Shown here: positions 8,548-18,389 of the stretch, one piece after another
Layout: every line of letters starts with the position of its first letter
How positions within the stretch are numbered: position 1 is the stretch's first letter
Assembly: GCA_963812605.1 (NCBI GenBank)
Contig: CAWEWF010000004.1
Coordinates: forward strand, 128,001 to 192,000
Direction of reading: 5' to 3'
Source of the DNA: an uncultured Verrucomicrobiae bacterium
GTDB lineage: Bacteria; Verrucomicrobiota; Verrucomicrobiia; Palsa-1439
Length of the DNA: 64,000 nt
Notes under the pieces: generated by a model
Seen by the model: only the letters and a program-made list of their open reading frames with translations
Told to the model about the DNA's origin: nothing
Databases searched by the model: none
Position numbers and translations under genes: made by a program

Positions 8548-9241
8548 CTATCGTGAGAAGCAATCGATCAACTCGTAGGCCAGGCCGTAGCAGATCAGGA
8601 TACTGGCGCCGGCCACCGCCCCGGCGCTAAAGGTCAGGGCGGGTTTCTCTTTGCGCAAGTCGGTGGCCAGCACGCCAAAAAATACCGCGATCAGGTACTC
8701 GCCCGCGATGATGTAATAGGGCGTATGCAACAGCATCCGACAATTGCTGTACGTCCACCAATTCGTCCGCCGCGCCATCTCTTCATAAAAGGGAATGTTG
8801 ATCGCCCCGAGAATTCCCGTGGCAAACAGGCCCGCCCAGCCCCATTGGTCAGCCAGGCGCGACCCGATATACCCAAATTGCACAGCCACGATCTCCCAGG
8901 CCAATGGCATCCAGATCGGGGACTGCCAGAGCATCGGGCCCGCCGCCCATCGTGTAGTCCAATGTCCGCGTCCCTTCCACCAGCCACGCGTCCGCCGCCA
9001 ACTCGACAAATCCAACCACCAACCCAAAAACCATCAGGTGCGCCATGAACGAATCCCGTCGCCGAATCACATGGATGATCAGGAGGGTATTGTCCACGAT
9101 GTTCAACGCGAGCCCCGTCCGCCAGTTCGACCAGGGCACCGCCGCGAACCAGAACACCGCGATGACGTTCAGCACAATCGTCGCGAGCACCACCCGCAGC
9201 CGCGCGCTTTCAAGTCTGGACTGTGCGGCGCCGTTGTTCAT
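8548..9241 (-). CDS. Multi-pass membrane protein (frameshifted)
   Basis: Two overlapping hydrophobic ORFs (8849-9241, 8548-9027) join into one protein; start overlaps the ftsZ stop. Confidence 0.7.
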
Positions 9242-10599
9242 CGCTTGATGCTGACGCCCCGCCGGATGAACGTCGGCACATCGAGATCTTCGCCATTGTA
9301 AAGTGTCGGCTCACTCTTGTCGAAGCGGCCGCGGCTCACGCCTTCGAGGGGCAGGGTTTCCTGTTTCGGTTTGGCCGGTACCTTCTGCGCCACAACCAGC
9401 TCCGGCTTGGGAAGCTCCTCAACCGGTTGGTGAGTCGGTGAAGTTGACGGAACCAGCGTCGGAGCTACTCGCGGGTTGCGGGAAAGTGTCGCGTCGCCCG
9501 GCCGCGGCAACGTCATTGGCTTGGTGGCCACGGGCTGCGGTACCGTGCGACGCGGGTGGATATTTGCTGCCGCGATCACCGTCACCGCCAGTTTTCCGCG
9601 GTACGCTTCGTCAATGGCTGCGCCCATGATGACGTGGGCGCGGTTCGCCAGCCGCGAAATCGGCTCCACCGTCTTCTGTACGTCGGCAAGAGTCAAATCC
9701 GGCCCGCCAAGGATGCTCACCAGCACTCCTTCGGCTTTCGCGAGGACATCCCCGCCGTCCAGCAACGGATTCTCCAGCAGGGCCTTGACCGCCTCGCGCG
9801 CCCGGTTCGCACCCTCGGCCTGTCCGTAACTGAACAGGCCGTCACAATGCTTCGAGCCAATTGTCGAACGCAAATCAGCAAAATCAAGATTGATGAGCCC
9901 CTTGCGCGACAGCAATTGCCATACGGCCTGGACACCGAGGATAAAATTCTCATCGGCGCGCTTGAAAGCATCCACCACGCTCGCGTCGGCGCCGGCGATC
10001 CGAAAAATTTTGTCATTCGGAATGCAAATGACGGCGTCCGCTTGCGCCTTAAGTTGCTCCAGGCCCGACAGCGCCTGTTGTTTGCGGCGGTCGCCCTCGA
10101 AGGAAAACGGCAGGGCCACAAAAGCCAGCACCAGCGCCCCCTGCTCCTTCGCCGCCCGCGCAATCGTCGGGCTTGCGCCCGTGCCCGTGCCGCCACCCAA
10201 ACCGGCCATGATGAAGACCACGTCCGTGCCTTGCACCAGCGCTTCGATCCTCTCGGCGTCGTTCTGCGCGGCGCGGGTCCCGACCTCGGGTTCGCCCCCG
10301 GCGCCCAGCCCATGCGTTACCGCCCCCCCAATTTGCACTTTCTCCGCGCCGTTGATTTCACCGAGGGCCTGCTGGTCGGTGTTGATCGCGACGAGATCGA
10401 CGCCTTCCAACGTGTGATTGCCCTGCATCCGGCTCTCGGCAATCTGGCTGACGGTATGGCCGCCGGCGCCGCCCACGCCGATAATTTTCAATCGAATCTT
10501 GTGCAAGGGCGCTGATCTCTTTTCCATGTTCTCCGTGGTTTCCGGTTGTGCCGCGGGCGGCGTGGGTGAAGTCGAAATTGGTTTGCTTCGGGTCGCCAT
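9238..10599 (-). CDS. ftsZ: Cell division protein FtsZ
   Basis: GLGGGTGTG signature, INLDFAD T7 loop, C-terminal LDVPTFIR peptide. Confidence 0.97.
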   Translation of the reverse strand: MATRSKPISTSPTPPAAQPETTENMEKRSAPLHKIRLKIIGVGGAGGHTVSQIAESRMQGNHTLEGVDLVAINTDQQALGEINGAEKVQIGGAVTHGLGAGGEPEVGTRAAQNDAERIEALVQGTDVVFIMAGLGGGTGTGASPTIARAAKEQGALVLAFVALPFSFEGDRRKQQALSGLEQLKAQADAVICIPNDKIFRIAGADASVVDAFKRADENFILGVQAVWQLLSRKGLINLDFADLRSTIGSKHCDGLFSYGQAEGANRAREAVKALLENPLLDGGDVLAKAEGVLVSILGGPDLTLADVQKTVEPISRLANRAHVIMGAAIDEAYRGKLAVTVIAAANIHPRRTVPQPVATKPMTLPRPGDATLSRNPRVAPTLVPSTSPTHQPVEELPKPELVVAQKVPAKPKQETLPLEGVSRGRFDKSEPTLYNGEDLDVPTFIRRGVSIKR

Positions 10600-10613
10600 G
10601 GCAACGCTCCGAT

Positions 10614-11843
10614 TTACATGAACGCCCGCGCCCTTTGGATCAGGTGTTGGAACGACTGGCCAATCTTGCGCAACGGCGACGGCGGCTGGTGTTGGTCGCG
10701 TTGCGAACCCAGTGCGTACCGCACGAGCCCGATGGCCGTGGAGTACTCGGGACTTTCAATCGCCGACGTCGGGCCGCCAACCGTCAGGCTGTGCCCGATG
10801 TGCACCGGCAGCCCGAAAATCTGGACGGCCAGCGGCTCCAAACCTTGCAAGCGCGCGCACCCGCCCGTAATGAATACGCCCGCGCCGAGGTAATCCAGCA
10901 ACTTGTGCTTCTCGAGTTCCTTCTTCACCAGGGTCAACGTCTCTTCGACGCGCAGGTTCATGATGCGGCAGAGCTGCTGCTTCGAAACCTGCCGGTCCGG
11001 CAGCCCGACTTCGCGCTTGAGCGTGAGCATCTCGTCGTCCGGCGGGACCGCCACCGAGCCGTGCTCGACTTTCAAGGTCTCGGCGCGGTTCATCGGGATG
11101 CGCAGCCCAATGGCCACGTCGTTGGTGATATGGTCGCCGCCGACCGCCAGCACACCGCTGTGCTGGATCGTCCCTTCGCTATAAACGAGATAATCCGTCG
11201 TGCCACCACCCATGTCGACGACCACGGCGCCAAGCTGCTGGTGCTCCGAGGTGAGCACGGCCAGCGCCGAGGCGAAACCGCTGACCGCGATGTTGGCCAC
11301 ATCGAGTGGCACGTGCTTGATGCATTTGATCGTGTTCTGTAGCCGCGTGCGCACGCCGTAGATCACATGCACGTCGGCTTCGAGCTTGGCGCCGATCATG
11401 CCCACGGGGTTCTGGATGCCGTCGTGTCCATCCACGAAAAAATGCTGGCGAATCGCGTGAATGACCACGTGGTCCATCGGAATGTTCACGGCCTTGGCGT
11501 TGAGCAGGACATTGCGGACTTCCTCCTCGGAAATCTCGCGCTCCTCGTTGGTCACCGCCACCGTCCCGCGATTGTTGAAGCTCCGAATGTGCCCGCCGCT
11601 CACGCTGGCATACACGTTGTGAATCTCAACCCCCGCGCTTTCCTCCGCGTCCGCCACCGCGGCGTGCAGGCATTCGACCGTCGCTTCAATATTGACGATC
11701 TCCCCCTTGCGGACGCCCTCGGAGTTTGCCTGCCCGACTCCGACCACCATGATATTGCCATCATCGAGCACCTCGCCGACCACGGCGCAGACTTTTGAGG
11801 TGCCCACCTCCAGCCCCACGATGATTTTTTCCTTCGGTAACAT
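10614..11843 (-). CDS. ftsA: Cell division protein FtsA
   Basis: GLEVGTSKV, VDMGGGTTD, GGDHITND, ITGGCA motifs; start set at MLPKEK. Confidence 0.96.
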   Translation of the reverse strand: MLPKEKIIVGLEVGTSKVCAVVGEVLDDGNIMVVGVGQANSEGVRKGEIVNIEATVECLHAAVADAEESAGVEIHNVYASVSGGHIRSFNNRGTVAVTNEEREISEEEVRNVLLNAKAVNIPMDHVVIHAIRQHFFVDGHDGIQNPVGMIGAKLEADVHVIYGVRTRLQNTIKCIKHVPLDVANIAVSGFASALAVLTSEHQQLGAVVVDMGGGTTDYLVYSEGTIQHSGVLAVGGDHITNDVAIGLRIPMNRAETLKVEHGSVAVPPDDEMLTLKREVGLPDRQVSKQQLCRIMNLRVEETLTLVKKELEKHKLLDYLGAGVFITGGCARLQGLEPLAVQIFGLPVHIGHSLTVGGPTSAIESPEYSTAIGLVRYALGSQRDQHQPPSPLRKIGQSFQHLIQRARAFM

Positions 11844-11860
11844 TTCCTGGCCAAACCTTT

Positions 11861-12736
11861 CTAATTCACGAACGTCACCGGCACCCCGCGGTTGACCGTC
11901 AGGTCCACCATTTGCACGGATTTTTGCCGCTGTTGCGCCCACCGCAAAATCACCCCCAACCGCCGCAACTGTTGCGGAAATTCTTCCACGTCCAGTTTCA
12001 CCGTCGTGTGCTGCCGCGTGGTCATGACCAGTTGCCGCGGCTTCGATAAATCAATCTGCTCGACCTCCAGCAGCGACCCCGCGATGGCCTGGTCAAGCTT
12101 GTCCAAAAATTCCAGGGCCCGATAAATCTGTTCCGACTCCACCGGCAGGCCGATACGCACGTCGGCAAGCGACACCCCCGTTAGCATCGGCACCGGTCGC
12201 GGGGTTTGCGGCTGCACCAGCGTCCCGTCCGCCAGTTTGACCGGCTTCATCACGAAGCCCGAGCGGTCGATATAAAACACCGCGTCGCCCAGGTCGCGCG
12301 TCGGTGCCTGCAATCGCGCCACAGCGGTGCGTTCTTCCACGCGGATAAACAACCGATCCGGCAACATCCGCCGCACCTCCACGCCGCGCACCAGCGGCAG
12401 CATCTCCAGGTTGTTGCGCACCTGGTCGAGATTGACCGACAAGAGGTTTTCCCCGACTTCCACACCGGCAAACTGCACCACGTGCTCGGGCGTCAACACG
12501 CCATCGTCATCCACCACGATCTGGTGGATGGCGAACCGCGGATTGTTGTAGACGAGGCGGTCCGTGGTGATTCTCACCAGGCGGTACAGGCCGTAGCCGG
12601 TCAAAATCAACATGCCGAGGGCGATAAGGACGGTCACGGTCGCCCGCAGCCGCGCCAGGGCGCGCCCGCGCGTTTGCACTTTCACGTCCAGCAAATACTC
12701 CGGCCGTTTTTTCCTTCGATTACCCAGCTTGATCAT
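11861..12736 (-). CDS. ftsQ: Cell division protein FtsQ/DivIB
   Basis: Basic N-terminus, single TM, POTRA-like region; position between ddl and ftsA. Confidence 0.88.
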   Translation of the reverse strand: MIKLGNRRKKRPEYLLDVKVQTRGRALARLRATVTVLIALGMLILTGYGLYRLVRITTDRLVYNNPRFAIHQIVVDDDGVLTPEHVVQFAGVEVGENLLSVNLDQVRNNLEMLPLVRGVEVRRMLPDRLFIRVEERTAVARLQAPTRDLGDAVFYIDRSGFVMKPVKLADGTLVQPQTPRPVPMLTGVSLADVRIGLPVESEQIYRALEFLDKLDQAIAGSLLEVEQIDLSKPRQLVMTTRQHTTVKLDVEEFPQQLRRLGVILRWAQQRQKSVQMVDLTVNRGVPVTFVN

Positions 12737-13689
12737 GAAACCGCGATGGTCTCCTTCTCGTCCGCGTCGATCCCGGCCTTTGGCTTGCGACGCGCCAGCG
12801 CCATTTGCACCAGGCGCACGCATAAATCCGGGAATTCGATCCCCGCCGCCCGGGCCGCCTGGGGCACGAGGCTGGTCTCGGTGAATCCGGGGATTGTGTT
12901 TACTTCCAACACAAACACTTCGTTGTTCTCCGCCAGGATCAGGTCCACACGCGCAAGGTCGCGGCAGCCAAGGCAATCGTACGCGCGCAAGGCCAGCTTC
13001 TTTACCTGCGCCTCGATCTTGATATCGAGCGGGGCCGGAACCAGATAGTCCGTCTGTCCTTTGGTGTACTTCGCTTCGTACGTGAAGAAATCGTGCTTCG
13101 GGTGGATCTCAATCACCGGCAAAGCGTGGCCGTCAACAATGCCCACCGTCAATTCGCGTCCCCCAATGAATTGTTCGATCAGCAAACGATCGTCATAATG
13201 CCAGGCGATTTGGCAGGCTTCTTCGAGATCGGTTTCCTCCTGCACGACGCTGACTCCGACGCTGGAGCCCTGCCGCGACGGTTTCACGACGAGTGGAAAC
13301 CCGAGCAGCGCCAGCCGACGCAGGTCCGTCTGCGCGCGATCAAAAATCTCATATTTGGGCGTCGGGATTCCCACGGCAAGGAACTCCGTTTTCGCGGCAA
13401 TTTTGTCGAACGCGCGCGCACTGGCCTCGGGACCCGAGCCCGTGTAGGCGATGCCGCTGTCTTCGAGCATCCGTTGGAGCGTGCCATCTTCACCGAACGT
13501 CCCGTGCAACGCCACGAAAGCCACGTCCACGTCGGTTGGGATCGAGAATTTTGTCTCCGGGACGTCGACCGGCACAATTTTGGCGCCCGTCGTCGCCAGG
13601 GCATTGACCACCGCCGTCCCGGACTTCAGTGATATTTCGCGCTCCGCCGAAGGCCCGCCCATTAATACTGCAATTTTCAATCGCTTCAT
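12733..13689 (-). CDS. ddl: D-alanine--D-alanine ligase
   Basis: GGPSAEREISL, LHGTFGEDG, EVNTIPG motifs. Confidence 0.96.
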   Translation of the reverse strand: MKRLKIAVLMGGPSAEREISLKSGTAVVNALATTGAKIVPVDVPETKFSIPTDVDVAFVALHGTFGEDGTLQRMLEDSGIAYTGSGPEASARAFDKIAAKTEFLAVGIPTPKYEIFDRAQTDLRRLALLGFPLVVKPSRQGSSVGVSVVQEETDLEEACQIAWHYDDRLLIEQFIGGRELTVGIVDGHALPVIEIHPKHDFFTYEAKYTKGQTDYLVPAPLDIKIEAQVKKLALRAYDCLGCRDLARVDLILAENNEVFVLEVNTIPGFTETSLVPQAARAAGIEFPDLCVRLVQMALARRKPKAGIDADEKETIAVS

Positions 13690-13695
13690 CGTCGC

Positions 13696-16056
13696 CTACG
13701 CTTTCTCTGATCCAAGGATCATGACTTCGGGTTCGAGATCGATCCCCCGCTCCTGCCGCGCCCGCTCGCGAATGGCCGCGATCAACTGCAGGACGTCGCC
13801 GGCGGTCGCCTGGCCCTCATTGACAATGAAATTACCGTGCATCTCGGAAACCCGCGCTCCGCCCACGGACATTCCTTTCAATCCCAGTTCCTCGATCAGC
13901 CGACCGGCCGGAATCGTGGCGGGGTTCTTGAAAATGCAGCCCGCACTCGGTTTCGCCGGCTGGGACGCCCAGCGTTTCTCCGCAAACGCGCGCAGCTTTC
14001 CATCGATCGCTTTCTTCTCGGTTTTCGTACCGCGCAGGATCGCCGACAGGGCGACGTGGTTGTGGAAGACCGGGCAGCTTCGGTAGGCAACGGGAAGCTG
14101 TTTCGCCTCTGTATCATAAACGTCGCCCGAGTAGCCGATGTAGCGGACCCAATCGACAACATCAAACGTCTGCCGGCCCATGGCGCCCGCGTTCATCCGC
14201 AGCGCGCCCCCGAGCGAACCGGGAATGCCTTCCATGAATTCGAGCCCGCCCAGGCTATGTTTGGTCGCAACCGAGACAATCGTTTTCAGGCGCGCGCCCG
14301 CGCGCGCGAGAATTCGCTCGCCATCCACTTCGATCCTGGAAAATTCTTCGTGGGTCAGGCTGACCACCACCCCTTGAATGCCGCCGTCGAGCACGAGCAG
14401 GTTCGTGCCGCGACCGATGACGGTCACGGGGATTTCGCGGACATGGCAATAATGAAGCAGCCGCGCCAGGTCCCGCTCGCTGGCCGGCTCAACCCAAAAC
14501 TCAGCCGGACCGCCCACGCGCATCGATGTATGCCGCGCCATTGGTTCATCGCGCCGGATTTTCGCCTTGTCCGACAGTAAGGCTTCGAGGTCGGTCTGCA
14601 TTTCCACGGCCCGGTTCTCCGGATTGGGGATGTTTGGCCCGCGCGCGCGAAGTCTTCGCTCCAGCGCTTCGGCCACCTTGTATATGTCCCCCGCCCCCAT
14701 GGTCAGAAGGATATCACCGGGTCGCGCCTCCGAGAAGAGGCGCACCACCAACATTTCCAAATCGCCTTCAAAGATGGCGTCGGTTGGCCCCACTGCCGTT
14801 ACCGCATCGCAGAGCGCCTGGCCGGTGATTCCGTCGATGGGTTTCTCGCTGGCCGCGTAGATTTCCGTGAGAAACAATTTGTCCACGCCCCCGAACGCCG
14901 TTGCAAATTCAGCACGCAACGCCTGGGTACGGGTGTACCGATGCGGCTGGAAGGCCACGAGCAGACGGCGGTAGCCGTCCGCATCCTCCTTCGCCAGTAA
15001 CGTCCGCGCGGCCGCAATCGTCGCGCGGATTTCCGTCGGGTGATGCGCGTAGTCATCCACGACGAGAATGCCGCCCGCTTCGTATCTCCGATCAAATCGC
15101 CGTTTTGCCCCGGTGAATTGCCCCAGCGCCTCGGCAATTTTCTCGAAGGGCACACCCAACTGGTCTGCCACAGCGACCGCCGCCAGCGCATTCGTCACGT
15201 TTTGTTCGCCGGGAATGACCAACTCCATCACGCCGATCTGCTGGTCGCGGCAGGCGACCGTGAATCGTGAGCCGCGCGCGGTGTGCTCGATCGCGAGCGC
15301 CCGGTAATCGGCCCTGGCGGAAAGACCGAAGGTGATCGCCTTCCGACACTTCGCCGCGTGCTGCAGGCTGTTTGGGCAGTCGGCGCAAAAGAACACCGTG
15401 TTAAGCGTGCTGGTGAAAAAGGAGTCGAAGGTTTCGCGGAGCTTGTCCATCGAGCCATAGTGATCGAGATGCTCGGGCTCGATATTCAGGCAGACCGCGT
15501 ATTCCGGGCTGAATCCAATGAGCGTCCCGTCGCTCTCGCAGGCTTCCCCCACAAAATACTTGCCGCCGCCAATTTGCGCGTTTGTGCCGAGCACGGGAAT
15601 GTGCGCGCCGACACAATAGCTCGGGGCGCTATCGCTGCGCGTGAGCACGTACGCGATCATCGCGGTCGTCGTCGTCTTGCCATGCGTGCCGGCGACGGCG
15701 ATGTTGTTGCTGTGGTTCATCAACGCGCTGAGCAACAGCCCGCGCCGCACCCGCGGAATTTTCCGTTCATCCGCCGCCTGGAGTTCAACGTTCTCATTGC
15801 CGACCGCCGAGGTGTACACCACCAGTTCCGTGTCCTCGCCGAGATTCTTCGCGGCGTGCCCGCTGTGAATCTTCGCCCCAAGCTTCTGCAGGTCTTTCAT
15901 GCCGCCATTGGGTGACAAATCCGAACCGCTGACGCCGTGCCCCTGCTGCAACAAAAGCCGCGCCAGGCCGCTCATCCCGGAGCCGCCAATCCCGACGAAG
16001 TGCACCCGCCGGGGGGCGCCGCCGAGAAAATCAATCAGTTGTTGCCTATTGCCCAT
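13696..16056 (-). CDS. murC: Fused MurC-MurB
   Basis: N-terminal GIGGSGMS, GTHGKTTT, DDYAHHP (MurC); C-terminal GRGTNLL, GIPGSLGGALRMNAGA, SAGCIFKNP, HGNFIVN (MurB); one frame. Confidence 0.93.
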   Translation of the reverse strand: MGNRQQLIDFLGGAPRRVHFVGIGGSGMSGLARLLLQQGHGVSGSDLSPNGGMKDLQKLGAKIHSGHAAKNLGEDTELVVYTSAVGNENVELQAADERKIPRVRRGLLLSALMNHSNNIAVAGTHGKTTTTAMIAYVLTRSDSAPSYCVGAHIPVLGTNAQIGGGKYFVGEACESDGTLIGFSPEYAVCLNIEPEHLDHYGSMDKLRETFDSFFTSTLNTVFFCADCPNSLQHAAKCRKAITFGLSARADYRALAIEHTARGSRFTVACRDQQIGVMELVIPGEQNVTNALAAVAVADQLGVPFEKIAEALGQFTGAKRRFDRRYEAGGILVVDDYAHHPTEIRATIAAARTLLAKEDADGYRRLLVAFQPHRYTRTQALRAEFATAFGGVDKLFLTEIYAASEKPIDGITGQALCDAVTAVGPTDAIFEGDLEMLVVRLFSEARPGDILLTMGAGDIYKVAEALERRLRARGPNIPNPENRAVEMQTDLEALLSDKAKIRRDEPMARHTSMRVGGPAEFWVEPASERDLARLLHYCHVREIPVTVIGRGTNLLVLDGGIQGVVVSLTHEEFSRIEVDGERILARAGARLKTIVSVATKHSLGGLEFMEGIPGSLGGALRMNAGAMGRQTFDVVDWVRYIGYSGDVYDTEAKQLPVAYRSCPVFHNHVALSAILRGTKTEKKAIDGKLRAFAEKRWASQPAKPSAGCIFKNPATIPAGRLIEELGLKGMSVGGARVSEMHGNFIVNEGQATAGDVLQLIAAIRERARQERGIDLEPEVMILGSEKA

Positions 16057-17176
16057 ATTGTTCCAAAAGTCCCGCCAAACGCTCCGCCGCATCGTCCACG
16101 GCCAGCAAACGCGCGGCGTCCGCCATGCGCGCGCGCCCGGTTTCATCGTCGAGCAGTTCGGTGATGGCCCTGGCCAGTCGCTCGCCGCGTTCCGCATGCA
16201 GGCTGGCGAACTGCGACTGATCCAGCAGCCGCGCCGCTCCCGCGCTCTCGAAGACGCGCGCATTGTGCCATTGATGGTTCCCCGCCGCCTGGGGATATGG
16301 AATCAAAATCGCCGGCAGTCCGAAGGCTGCGATCTCGGTAAGCGTCGAGGCCCCCGCGCGCGCGACCACCACGTCCGCCGCGCTGTAGGCCAGTTCCATC
16401 TGGTTGCAGAAACTCATAACCTTTCCGGTAATCCCATTCTTCTCATACGACTCGCGCACGAACTGCTCGTCGTGCGCTCCCGTCAAATGCACGAACTGCA
16501 CGCGTTCCGTCCGGCGGTCGAGCCATGGCAACGCGCCCGCCACCGCCTCATTGATCGCGCGGGCTCCCTGGCTGCCGCCCGCGACCAATACTGTCAGCCG
16601 ATCCGCCTGCAACCCAAGCTGCGCGCGCGCATCGGCCACTTTGCCGCCGCGCAACGCCGCGCGAATCGGCGTGCCCGTCACCGTGACCGGCCGTCGTCCA
16701 AAAAAATGCGCGCAGTCTGCCAGCCCCACGGCGACATGGTCCACGAACCGCCCCGCCCAACGGTTGGCCTTGCCCGGCACGGCGTTCGATTCGTGAATCA
16801 CCGTTGCCGTTCCCCGTTTGCCAAACCACCGCGCGCCCAACATCGCCGGCGCGGACGTGAATCCCCCCATTCCCAGCACTACGTCAGGCCCAAATTCATC
16901 GCAGACCGCCGCGCATCCGCGTGTCGCTTTCGCCAAACGGATGCAAAATCGCATCCACCGGCGTGGTCCCTCGTAGCCCACGGCCGGAACCACTTCCACC
17001 GCGATGTCCGCCGAAGGATCGGAGAAGCCCGTCACCGCTGTCAGCGCGGTCTGATCGACCGCCTTTTCGGAGACGAACAACCGCACTTGGTGCCGCCGCT
17101 CCCGTAAAACTTCCGCGACCGCCAACCCGGGAAACAGATGCCCCCCCGTCCCGCCACATGCGATCATCACTTTCAT
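16046..17176 (-). CDS. murG: MurG glycosyltransferase
   Basis: GGTGGHLFP, HESN, GGSQGA, RAGAST motifs. Confidence 0.96.
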   Translation of the reverse strand: MKVMIACGGTGGHLFPGLAVAEVLRERRHQVRLFVSEKAVDQTALTAVTGFSDPSADIAVEVVPAVGYEGPRRWMRFCIRLAKATRGCAAVCDEFGPDVVLGMGGFTSAPAMLGARWFGKRGTATVIHESNAVPGKANRWAGRFVDHVAVGLADCAHFFGRRPVTVTGTPIRAALRGGKVADARAQLGLQADRLTVLVAGGSQGARAINEAVAGALPWLDRRTERVQFVHLTGAHDEQFVRESYEKNGITGKVMSFCNQMELAYSAADVVVARAGASTLTEIAAFGLPAILIPYPQAAGNHQWHNARVFESAGAARLLDQSQFASLHAERGERLARAITELLDDETGRARMADAARLLAVDDAAERLAGLLEQYGQ

Positions 17177-17206
17177 TCATGAACCTTCTCTCAATCCGAC
17201 CCGCGG

Positions 17207-18346
17207 CTACGATACCGTGGAACGCCGCGCAAAAAATTCCTGGTCGTCATTCTCTGTCTCAATCGTGCAATGCCGGAAAATGTTCAGTAATAAACCCACC
17301 GCGACCATGTTCAACACCAGATTGGATCCGCCGAAACTGATAAAAGGCAGCGGCAGCCCTTTCGTCGGCAACCACGCCGTCACCACGCCGACATTGATCA
17401 GGGCCTGCATCGCGATCAGCAGGGCAATGCCCATGCCGAGGTACTGGCCGAACAGATCGGATGCGCGCAGGGCGATAATCACGGCACACGCAACCAAAAG
17501 CGCAAAGGCGAGCAGGATCCCAATGGTCCCGACCAACCCCAACTCCTCCCCGACGATGGGAAAAATGAAGTCCGTGTGCGCTTCCGGCAGGTAAAACATT
17601 TTTTGGCGGCTGTTGCCCAGGCCGAGCCCGTTGAACCCGCCCGATCCGAAGGCCAGGATCGCCTGCCATACCTGGTACCCGGCGCCTTGTTTGTATTTCT
17701 CCAGGTCGAGGAATGCCATCAACCGCCGCGAACGCTCGGGGTTGTGGATCATCAGCGCCACGAACCCGCCGGCCCCCGTGAAGATCGTCGGCAGCAGGAA
17801 TCGCAGGCGCACGCCCGCGATGAACATCAGCGCGAAACTGACCGAAGCCAGGAGCGCCGTCGAACCGAAGTCCGGTTCCGCGAGCACGAGGACCAGGATG
17901 CAGCCCACGACGCCCATCGGTATCGCAAAGCCGCGCCCGAATTTACCGAGCCGCCGCTTCTCCTTCGCCAGCCAGTGTGCCAGCCAGACGATCAGCGCCA
18001 GCTTGCCCAGCTCCGACGGTTGAAACCGCATAGGGCCGATACCCAGCCAGCGCCGCGCGCCGCCAACCTTCATCCCGATATGCGGGACAAGGACCAACGC
18101 CAGCATAATGGCCGCCACGATGAGGACTCCCGTGCAGACGCCGCGCAACTTCGGGTACGGGACCCGGGCAGCCATCACGCATCCCGCGCCGCCGACAAGC
18201 ATCCACGCGAGTTGCCTCTTGAGCAGGTAGCGCTGGTCGCCGTAGCGGTCCCGCGCGTAGAGCGCGCTCGTGCTAAACAGCATGACCACGCCGATCGTCA
18301 ACAACATCAGCATGATCACCAACAGCGTGATGGCGGCTTTGTTCAC
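17207..18346 (-). CDS. ftsW: FtsW SEDS protein
   Basis: GARRW, QPSE, PDFG, LPEAHTDFIF, LPFISFGGS. Confidence 0.96.
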   Translation of the reverse strand: MNKAAITLLVIMLMLLTIGVVMLFSTSALYARDRYGDQRYLLKRQLAWMLVGGAGCVMAARVPYPKLRGVCTGVLIVAAIMLALVLVPHIGMKVGGARRWLGIGPMRFQPSELGKLALIVWLAHWLAKEKRRLGKFGRGFAIPMGVVGCILVLVLAEPDFGSTALLASVSFALMFIAGVRLRFLLPTIFTGAGGFVALMIHNPERSRRLMAFLDLEKYKQGAGYQVWQAILAFGSGGFNGLGLGNSRQKMFYLPEAHTDFIFPIVGEELGLVGTIGILLAFALLVACAVIIALRASDLFGQYLGMGIALLIAMQALINVGVVTAWLPTKGLPLPFISFGGSNLVLNMVAVGLLLNIFRHCTIETENDDQEFFARRSTVS

Positions 18347-18389
18347 GGCCTTCCGTCGCTTCCTGTTTTACAAAAAGAACGTTGGTTTG

